Positions 1 to 7,202 of a stretch of DNA of 33,080 nt are shown piece after piece (the first letter of the stretch is position 1; the number at the start of each line of letters is the position of its first letter). Position numbers and translations under genes: made by a program. Origin of the DNA: a virus (lineage: Duplodnaviria > Caudoviricetes); IMG/VR virus record IMGVR_UViG_3300034416_000063, positions 1 through 33,080 of that record. One strand, written 5' to 3'. Under the pieces are notes generated by a model, which was not told the DNA's origin, ran no database searches, and saw only the letters and a list, made by a program, of their open reading frames with translations.

Positions 1-444
1 TTATGATTCAAGTAGACTAATATACTCTCTTAACAGATCAGCGTAAGTCCGTATTTGCAAACCAATTGTGTCGATTGACTCATCTTTGTTGTTTTGCCGC
101 ATCTCGATTATTCCATTCAAAATCTCAGGATTTATTTTTTTGTCTTCCAAATACTTCTCGATGTGAATTCTTACTCTCTTTCCATTATTCATATAATACC
201 CTTCGGGAAGTTTACTATGTTCAAGTTGTGTAATCAAAGCGAAGCAAGCTGGCTCCCTTAAGTCAATTTCAAATTCAACTGCTTTTTCATTTTTTAAGGA
301 GAGATAACTTAAAGTGTAATGGAAAGAGTCCTCATGCTCAACTATGCGATCATATCCAAATTCTTTAATGAAATTGGTTTCGGCAAATAGCAATTCCTTT
401 ATCTCTTTGAGATTTGTTCCAGTTTCCATTTGCTTCGTCGTCAA
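1..444 (-). CDS. Hypothetical protein (147 aa)
   Basis: AT-rich ORF with a GGAGG RBS upstream; no recognisable domain. Confidence 0.7.
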   Translation of the reverse strand: MTTKQMETGTNLKEIKELLFAETNFIKEFGYDRIVEHEDSFHYTLSYLSLKNEKAVEFEIDLREPACFALITQLEHSKLPEGYYMNNGKRVRIHIEKYLEDKKINPEILNGIIEMRQNNKDESIDTIGLQIRTYADLLREYISLLES

Positions 445-698
445 ATCCTTGGTTCCTCCAAAAGTTAATCTGGTAAAGTAATTCTTTTATATTCTGAGGA
501 CATGGGTCTGCAAAAAAAGAACACAAAATATGTGCTCTCAATTACCTAGTATTCTTCTAGATCCTCTAATCCCAAACTCCATAAATCCCCCAATTTCAGT
601 ATTCTTGATATCATTGTAATTGCTTTTCACCCCTAAGGCAACTACCAAAATCACCCCCAGCGACATTGTGAAAAAATTAATTACGTCATTTTGTCGTC

Positions 699-745
699 AA
701 AAAAGAAAAAGACCCCTGAAAACGTTGAAATTTCAAGGGTTTTTT
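699..745 (-). terminator. Intrinsic terminator after the tRNA 3' fragment
   Basis: Minus-strand ACCCTTGAAA...TTTCAGGGGT hairpin followed by a T-rich tail. Confidence 0.7.
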
Positions 746-767
746 GGCGGAGGACATGGGACTCGAA
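745..767 (-). mobile_element. att core: isolated 3' end of a tRNA (probably tRNA-Ser)
   Basis: Minus strand reads TTCGAGT-CCCAT-GTCCTCC-G-CCA (T loop, T stem, 7-nt acceptor strand, G discriminator, CCA). The 5' part of the tRNA is absent. Confidence 0.85.
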
Positions 768-945
768 TGTGGTGGCTAGGTTGTGTTGCCTTATGTTTAC
801 TAGGGCAGAAGTGGCATTTACCGCCATTCTTGCTGTCATTTCCGGCTCCCGATTATGCCCTGTTATGCTGGGTTATGACGGGGTTTTACGTCATTTTTTA
901 CGTCATTTTTACAATCGGATAATTTAACACCGTGCGTTTATCAGC

Positions 946-1776
946 CTATGAGGTTTGATTAGCAACCCCCAAGGTCGCGTAAGCTTGCTCTAGAATTAAT
1001 GCATTAATTTCATCCACAATCGACTTAATAATTCTCTCTTCATCTTTGTATCCCTTGAGTGCTGCGATTACTTCAGCCGTTGATAATAAGTATTCGGTTG
1101 CCTTCAAGATTATTATCGAAACGTCCTCCATTTTTGGTTCGAAGTTGTACCGCATTTTTTCGTCTTCTTTACTGTAGTTTTCTCTAAGAATCGATTTGAT
1201 TCCCGTGTGTGCTCTCTCGCAAGCACTGGAGTATAAAAAATTATAGTCTGACTCCATATTGGCAATTTTGGCAAGTTGGTATATGGATAGATCTTTTGAA
1301 GTACCCGTATAATCAGTACTCATCGGTTGTGCAAATCTTGAGACAAAATAATCTGCAATGTCGCTGTCCTCAATGTCTCGTTTGACCATAGCCTCTAAGT
1401 ACTTGCTGCTTCTATTGGCAACATTTAAGTTGCTTGCAAATATTTTCTCAAAACACAGTGGATCACACTGAATAGCACGGATAAGAAATGTTTTTTCCAA
1501 AAGAGTTCTTAGTGTTACGATGGAATCGTTCTGATATCCTCGCGTTGCGAGCGTTATTAGAGCCTGCCACGTTGTTATCGCGGTATTGAATATTCCTAAG
1601 CAGTACAACTCCCCAAAATCCTTAGAATCGTCAGCTGAAAGTTTCATAATTAAATCGTCCAACTGTTCAGTGACTCGATTGATCAGTTCGACTTCAGTTT
1701 CTAGAGTTCCAAGCAACTCATCCCTCATAACGCATGATCGTTCATCATCAATGCAATTATATAAAAATTTGAACAT
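946..1776 (-). CDS. DUF5677-like / HEPN-like helical protein, possible defence effector
   Basis: Predicted all-alpha ~270 aa protein with LRTLLE and YxxLYSSACERAH motifs typical of this HEPN-related family. Confidence 0.6.
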   Translation of the reverse strand: MFKFLYNCIDDERSCVMRDELLGTLETEVELINRVTEQLDDLIMKLSADDSKDFGELYCLGIFNTAITTWQALITLATRGYQNDSIVTLRTLLEKTFLIRAIQCDPLCFEKIFASNLNVANRSSKYLEAMVKRDIEDSDIADYFVSRFAQPMSTDYTGTSKDLSIYQLAKIANMESDYNFLYSSACERAHTGIKSILRENYSKEDEKMRYNFEPKMEDVSIIILKATEYLLSTAEVIAALKGYKDEERIIKSIVDEINALILEQAYATLGVANQTS

Positions 1777-1856
1777 ATCCCCTACTCCTCAAATTCGAAT
1801 TCGACCCGTGCACCGTGGTATATTTTGTTTACCGTTAAAAAACATGATACCCTAAC

Positions 1857-2348
1857 TTAATCTACACTCGTCGCCATGCTCTTACCACACTTGCCGCATT
1901 TTCCGTAAAGAGCGATTCCCTCTTCATCGCCTTGCATTACATAGTCGGTAATAATCGTAGCGCCTCAATCAATGCAGAAGGCTTTCGTAATAATTTTATG
2001 CCTGACCTTTTCCGGAATTGCCTCCCAGTATTTTTTAGCTGCCTTTTCGGCTTTTGGATCCGGACGATCAATCACGAGGTCATATAGTGCCCTCCGCATT
2101 CTTATCTCTTCCTGGGTTTCAGCCAGCTGTCTTTTCTTTTCTATTAGATCCGCTTCTTGGGCCAAAAGTTTTTCTTCTTGATCTGCCAGATAATCAGCCA
2201 ACCATTTTCCAACTGTCCCAGGAGGCTCCCCTACCATCTCAGCTGCAGCAGAAACACTCATACCGTCTTCAAGGATGAGTTTGATGGCAAGGTATTTTTT
2301 ATGTGATTGCCTTTTTTCATCTACATCGCCTCTAGATTTTAGGTTCAA
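1857..2348 (-). pseudogene. HTH + coiled-coil + Zn-ribbon protein interrupted by in-frame TGA at 1965-1967 (pseudogene or recoded)
   Basis: The frame continues past TGA as AFCID*GATIITDYVMQGDEEGIALYGKCGKCGKSMATSVD to TAA at 1857-1859; the TGA occupies the second Cys position of a CxxC pair. Confidence 0.65.
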
Positions 2349-2424
2349 AATAGGGAATTTTGTATGTCAGTTACATTGTTTATTTCATAAAATCCAAATT
2401 TATTCTGTCGGTCAAACCTGATAA

Positions 2425-2961
2425 CTATGCTGAAATTACAATACGGTTTTTTTGTCTTTTCCATTTTATTAAATCTATGCGCCTCCGAATTCGAAATCTT
2501 TTTTTTATCCATGAATAATACTCTTTACCAACGGTGTCACGAACAAACACATATCGTGTCACTATATCAATATCATATAAACCATTTGGTCTAGCACAGC
2601 AGAATTTTGCTGTATCTCCAGCATTTATTCTAAACTGCTGTAACTTAACTTCGGATTTGGTTCGAGTTAAGCCTGATATCTCTACGAGGTATAGCTGAAA
2701 TAGTGTATTTTTTTGCTGAATACCACAATAATTTATCGTTACTGAACATTCTCCATAATTATGAACCTCAATCCATAGGTCCTGGTAATATTTCAAACCT
2801 TTCCCATCGTCTACCGTATCAGTTACTTCAACTTTTATTCTACTGCGCCTTCTTGACAAGTACAGTGACATTAAGACTGCGCTAAAAGTTGCAAGTGCGG
2901 CAACACATTGTATTATTAAAGTTAACAGTTCATATTTTTGAATAACAATTATTTCAAACAT
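2425..2961 (-). CDS. Hypothetical protein with N-terminal transmembrane helix
   Basis: GGAGG RBS; hydrophobic stretch LLTLIIQCVAALATFSAVLMSLYL followed by RRRSR; beta-rich C-terminal part. Confidence 0.75.
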   Translation of the reverse strand: MFEIIVIQKYELLTLIIQCVAALATFSAVLMSLYLSRRRSRIKVEVTDTVDDGKGLKYYQDLWIEVHNYGECSVTINYCGIQQKNTLFQLYLVEISGLTRTKSEVKLQQFRINAGDTAKFCCARPNGLYDIDIVTRYVFVRDTVGKEYYSWIKKRFRIRRRIDLIKWKRQKNRIVISA

Positions 2962-3132
2962 AGTTCATCCTCCATTTCTGTTGCATTAATCTCTGTTCCC
3001 TCAATTTGTTTACAAGCGTCGCGGGGAATAAATAGTTTATATAGTTAAAGAGGCTGTCAACTGGGCAAAATCTAATAATACATCTCAATATAACTTAATA
3101 ACTAAATAACTTAATATTTTTTTCTCGAGCAA

Positions 3133-4509
3133 TTATTCTTCCACGTCTCGAGTGTTTGCCCAACTTTTATCTAACTGCTCCTGCACATAAGTGTTATTCA
3201 ACCAAAAACACTGCTTAGGCATTGTTCGGCCATCTGGTAGCTCCAATCTATCGTCTAAATCCTTTGCATGAGGTCTTACGTGTGAAACTCGGTTTTCACT
3301 TGCCTTTGGCAGATTATTAAGTGTCCTTTTCCCTGACTGTCTAAATTGAACGCCTTCGCGTAACACTCTAACCGTTCGTTCCCACATTTCTTTGACCTCT
3401 TCCAAGTCTGATTCAGGCATGTTCCAAAATATCACATCATCGAATACAAGTGTTTTGTCGGCTTGGAACCTAAACACGACAAATAAAAACTTCGTCTGTT
3501 CAAGCATGCATTTTAATTCACTAGTATCCCATTGCTCATTGATTAATTTTTCGAAATTGAATGCCGGGAATGACATGCTTTCAGTTATTGAGCCGTCGGT
3601 ATTTATTCGTATAGTTTTGGGGACGATATTAGCTTTTTGAAATTCTTCAGACTTTGAGATTTTTTCATGCAAGCCAAATATTCTCGTTAAAATAAGCTCA
3701 TTTATATTCTTAGCTGTTGTTTTGAGGTTGAATTCCTCAACAAGTGAGGCTTGTGTCCTTCCTAAGTATGGTTTTATTTTCATCATTATATAATCTTCAA
3801 AACTGCTTCCTATAAGGATTGTAGGATCTTTGATAATATGCTCGTCCTCAATGTCTCCAAATATGTAATTATTTAGTACATAAGTCATATATGATTGCTT
3901 TAGTGAATATGCCCGTTGTTTCGCAGGCTGGTCAGAAAAGGGTTGCTGGCGCAAAGTTTCAGACGTAGCGCCTTTGGTACATGCGCCCAGATAGAGAGTA
4001 TCTCCTTCCGAGATTTCATGGGCTTTTCCATCTTTTATTTTGGACATGATTTGTATCCAGTCATTTTCAATGATTGCTAAGTCCTCAGCCGGAAATTGAA
4101 ACAGTGTAGCCTTTTCGATTGTAAAATCACCCTTTTCGACTCCTTCTTTATGTTCGTATGACATTAGCAGCATCGTATTGCACTTTTTCCAAAAACTGCT
4201 TGTTGAAAAAGTCCTTTTATATTCCTCCATGTAATTTATTATATTGCAAACCAGCCTTTCCTTTGCTCTAAGACCTCTTTTTGTCTTTAAGAAAGGGGTT
4301 GCTTTTAGTTCAACTCCAGCTTCTGCAAAGTCAGCTTCTGACTCATTATTTATTTTATAATCAAACCAAGATTCTTCGAGTATACTCCCAACAGCTCCTT
4401 TCCCGGTTTGAAGGCGGCCTGTTTTGTCTATATCTCGAAGAGGGATTCCAATCGCCTCACGCCCTCTTGAAAACACCTCTTCCTTAGTTTTATATATTCG
4501 CTTGCCCAA
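3133..4509 (-). CDS. Sau3AI/MutH-family type II restriction endonuclease (likely GATC)
   Basis: KGAVGSILEESWF...ADF..GVELKATP PD-(D/E)xK core, EGDTLYLGACTKG, SHVRPHA and CFWLNNTY; ~460-aa two-domain size typical of Sau3AI. Confidence 0.92.
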   Translation of the reverse strand: MGKRIYKTKEEVFSRGREAIGIPLRDIDKTGRLQTGKGAVGSILEESWFDYKINNESEADFAEAGVELKATPFLKTKRGLRAKERLVCNIINYMEEYKRTFSTSSFWKKCNTMLLMSYEHKEGVEKGDFTIEKATLFQFPAEDLAIIENDWIQIMSKIKDGKAHEISEGDTLYLGACTKGATSETLRQQPFSDQPAKQRAYSLKQSYMTYVLNNYIFGDIEDEHIIKDPTILIGSSFEDYIMMKIKPYLGRTQASLVEEFNLKTTAKNINELILTRIFGLHEKISKSEEFQKANIVPKTIRINTDGSITESMSFPAFNFEKLINEQWDTSELKCMLEQTKFLFVVFRFQADKTLVFDDVIFWNMPESDLEEVKEMWERTVRVLREGVQFRQSGKRTLNNLPKASENRVSHVRPHAKDLDDRLELPDGRTMPKQCFWLNNTYVQEQLDKSWANTRDVEE

Positions 4510-4546
4510 GTTCTCACTCCTCTTTTGTTAATTTCCAAAGTAGTTG

Positions 4547-4610
4547 TTGATCTTTTTCGGCTACTGTGGTAAAATACAACTTGATCTTTTGAATCACATT
4601 TGATATGATC
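4547..4610 (+). promoter_or_regulatory. Two tandem sigma70-type promoters for the methyltransferase, each overlapping GATC
   Basis: TTGATC(4547)-17bp-TAAAAT(4570) and TTGATC(4581)-17bp-TATGAT(4604), both with a TGn extended -10; GATC at 4549, 4583 and 4607. Confidence 0.7.
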
Positions 4611-4670
4611 ATAACATAGGAATTCTTGAATCACAATGAATTATCAACTAAACCAAAGGTGGTAAAATTT

Positions 4671-5870
4671 ATGGACAAAACGGTTTGTGAATTATTCGCA
4701 GGCGTCGGGGGCTTCCGACTAGGTCTTGAAAACGCTTCTCCGGAATGGGAAACTGTATGGTTCTCGCAATGGGAGCCAGGTAAGACCAACCAATGGGCTC
4801 ACGACTGCTATGTTTCACATTGGGGCGATATCGATGAAAATACAGGTATCGATATTGCGTCTGTTGATAAGCATATAATTCCTGACCATAATCTTTTAGT
4901 TGGCGGATTTCCCTGCCAAGATTATTCAGTAGCGCGACCGCTCCCTGGAAGCAGAGGGATTGAAGGGAAGAAAGGAGTTCTTTGGTGGCAAATAAGAGAT
5001 ATCCTTCAAATCAAAAAAGCGCCTTTTGTTCTGTTGGAAAATGTTGATCGCTTACTTAAATCACCAGCAAGCCAACGCGGTCGTGACTTCTCAGTGATAC
5101 TCGCTTGTTTTGCAGATTTAGGTTATTCAGTCGAATGGCGTGTCATCAACGCTGCTGATTATGGTGCCGGTCAACGCCGCCGAAGAACCTTTATTTTTGC
5201 TTACAGAAACAATACCCGTTATGCAAAGCAACTTTCAAAAGACGCTGAAACAATAATCACAAAAGAAGGTTTTTTTGCGAAATCATGCCCAATTTCAGGC
5301 TGTGGTAACGTTAAATCCATTAAAGTTGATTATCATGACATCCCCGAAGTATCGGCTCAGTTTAGCTTCAATTTTGAAAATTCAGGGTATATGAGTCTCG
5401 GGGTAATACATACAGCGAAAGTAATACCTTTGCATGAAATCCCCATTCCCCTCAAGGAGCTGCTTGAGGAAGATGTTCCGGAAAAATATTACCTGGGTAG
5501 CCAACTTGAAAAGTGGAAATATCTTAAAGGAGCAAAGAAGCTCCAAAGAACAAGTAAGAATGGTCATGAGTACACATTTTCAGAGGGTGGGATTTCTTTC
5601 CCGGATTCGCTCGACTTACCTGCCCGTACAATGTTGACTTCAGAGTCTTCATTAAACCGGAGTACCCACGTTATTTGTGATCCTCAAACTCAGAGGCTGC
5701 GGTTAATAACGCCGTTGGAGGCAGAGCGCATTCAAGGCTTTGAAGATAACTGGACAAACACAGGTATGCCCGAAAAAACTCGCTACTTTACTATGGGCAA
5801 CGCCCTTGTGGTACCTATTGTAACTCGTTTGGGTTTAACCCTGAACAAAATTTTCGAACAAGAACATTAG
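4671..5870 (+). CDS. DNA (cytosine-5) methyltransferase, M.Sau3AI-like
   Basis: Motifs ELFAGVGG, GGFPCQD, LENV, QRRRR and MGNA. ATG 4671 has an AAGGTGGT RBS (the ORF track starts at 4626). Confidence 0.95.
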   Translation: MDKTVCELFAGVGGFRLGLENASPEWETVWFSQWEPGKTNQWAHDCYVSHWGDIDENTGIDIASVDKHIIPDHNLLVGGFPCQDYSVARPLPGSRGIEGKKGVLWWQIRDILQIKKAPFVLLENVDRLLKSPASQRGRDFSVILACFADLGYSVEWRVINAADYGAGQRRRRTFIFAYRNNTRYAKQLSKDAETIITKEGFFAKSCPISGCGNVKSIKVDYHDIPEVSAQFSFNFENSGYMSLGVIHTAKVIPLHEIPIPLKELLEEDVPEKYYLGSQLEKWKYLKGAKKLQRTSKNGHEYTFSEGGISFPDSLDLPARTMLTSESSLNRSTHVICDPQTQRLRLITPLEAERIQGFEDNWTNTGMPEKTRYFTMGNALVVPIVTRLGLTLNKIFEQEH

Positions 5871-5929
5871 GTGCTTATACTTTTTCGTAGTCGGCTGCCG
5901 CAACTCCTTGCTCACTTATCATCCAATAG

Positions 5930-5951
5930 AAAAAAGGCCTCCGAAGAGGCC
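5930..5951 (-). terminator. Intrinsic terminator ending the late/lysis operon
   Basis: GGCCTC-TTCG-GAGGCC-TTTTTT on the minus strand. Confidence 0.85.
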
Positions 5952-5956
5952 CAATC

Positions 5957-6157
5957 TCATACAAACAGCATCGATACCACAACGCCGCCTACGGCTGCAC
6001 CCAGGAATGCCATAATCGCGATGATTAGATTCAGTTTCGTGTCTATGACTGCAAACCGGATGTCACCTTTCGCCAGCTCTGTCCGGTGCTTTTTTATTTC
6101 CGCCTGAAGTTCCCTTACGGATTCACAGGGACATTGTTTTTCTTCCACCCGCCTCAC
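5957..6157 (-). CDS. Small coiled-coil + C-terminal TM protein of the lysis module (XhlA-like/second holin-like)
   Basis: C-terminal hydrophobic helix; directly after the endolysin; start may be GTG 6148. Confidence 0.65.
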   Translation of the reverse strand: MRRVEEKQCPCESVRELQAEIKKHRTELAKGDIRFAVIDTKLNLIIAIMAFLGAAVGGVVVSMLFV

Positions 6158-6900
6158 CTCCTAATCGTCTTTGCTTTGGCTATGGTCTGAGGTCCCACGA
6201 TACCATCAGACTTCAGACCGTTCTTATGCTGGAATGCTATAGTCTTTTCCTGTGTGTCCGGACCGAAGCTTCCGTCAACTACAACAATCGGCCCATACCA
6301 GCAAAGGTATTTCTGCCAGAGCTTGATGTCCGCCATGGTGCCTGTGGTACGGCTTACAGTCGCTTTTGGGTAGGCTCCCATATAAGGGGCAAGAGACAAG
6401 ATGGCATTTACTTCTGCCGCGATCTTTCTCATGCGCTTATGAAGGTAGGGGCCAGGGCAAAGGGTGGCTGCAAACATCCAGTGCTCCGTCAGGTTCCCCC
6501 TGGAATCTCCGGTATAAGTCAGCTTCTTGATTCCATTCCTCTTGCAGATGTCTACACATAGCCGAATCAGGGCGTTGTAAGCTTTTACGGAGACGGGCCA
6601 GTCTCCACCTACTTCTGAGTTTGAGACCTCAATGGTGATTGCCCTGTGGTCGTTTTCTCTTGAGGAAGAGGTCCAGGCCCTGTCTTTTTCTTCTACAAAC
6701 ATCCCAACCAGTCCGTACTTGTTTATTCCATAGTTGGACGATGCACGGCGAAGTGGATTCGCAAAGATTCGGCCCAGGGTGGTAAGGCCAAGCACACCGG
6801 CGGTGTGGTGGATTGTGATCCTATCAATGGAGTGGTTTCTGGGGGAAGTCCTGTTTGGCGAGACCCTTTTGTAAAGCACAAGTTTTGAATTACTCATCAT
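6154..6900 (-). CDS. Endolysin: N-acetylmuramoyl-L-alanine amidase (Amidase_2) + peptidoglycan-binding domain
   Basis: ITIHHTAG, ASSNYGI, AITIEV, H..FAATLCPG; C-terminal DGSFGP.T...FQ..NGLKSDGIVGPQT. Confidence 0.92.
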   Translation of the reverse strand: MMSNSKLVLYKRVSPNRTSPRNHSIDRITIHHTAGVLGLTTLGRIFANPLRRASSNYGINKYGLVGMFVEEKDRAWTSSSRENDHRAITIEVSNSEVGGDWPVSVKAYNALIRLCVDICKRNGIKKLTYTGDSRGNLTEHWMFAATLCPGPYLHKRMRKIAAEVNAILSLAPYMGAYPKATVSRTTGTMADIKLWQKYLCWYGPIVVVDGSFGPDTQEKTIAFQHKNGLKSDGIVGPQTIAKAKTIRR

Positions 6901-7159
6901 CTTCCACCCCGTCACTCAGCTCTTTCTCCTCTTCAAGGTTACTATCTCTCCACCCGCCGGTTGACGGATCCACCAGAATGCCAATCAGGGTCATAATCAT
7001 GGGGATGACAAGGGCCGGGTTTTTCAGGGACTCCAAAATCGCCCAACCAAGCCCACTCCATGAAGTGAAGTTCTCGATGGAGATGCCAAGGGCTAGCCCA
7101 ATGGCGCCTAAGATGCCTGTCCAAAAGTAGATGTTTTTGATTCTTGCTTTCATGTTCAT
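6890..7159 (-). CDS. Phage holin (phi LC3-like)
   Basis: ARIKNIYFW...two TM helices...GILVDPSTGGWRDS signature; upstream of the amidase. Confidence 0.88.
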   Translation of the reverse strand: MNMKARIKNIYFWTGILGAIGLALGISIENFTSWSGLGWAILESLKNPALVIPMIMTLIGILVDPSTGGWRDSNLEEEKELSDGVEDDE

Positions 7160-7202
7160 AATAACTTCCTTTCTTTAAAAAAAGAGCCTGCTGGCCCAAC
7201 CG

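Larger units (their letters stand above)
681..907. repeat. Integrase arm-type repeats and phased accessory-factor repeats around the att core
   Basis: TTACGTCATT at 681-690, 886-895 and 898-907, a degenerate copy at 691-700, and three TTATG motifs at 10-bp spacing within 851-880. Confidence 0.7.

Noticed and set aside
745-830. Full tRNA gene (including tRNA-Sec)
   Set aside because: Only the 3' 23 nt are present. The 5' T-stem strand is missing, and the 5+7 bp geometry is canonical rather than the longer Sec acceptor arm.
620-927. ORFs 620-922 and 691-927
   Set aside because: They overlap the att core, terminator and arm repeats and have no protein-like features.
1965-2348. IS3-family insertion sequence
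   Set aside because: The N-terminal HTH resembles an OrfA, but there is no DDE transposase or terminal inverted repeat nearby.
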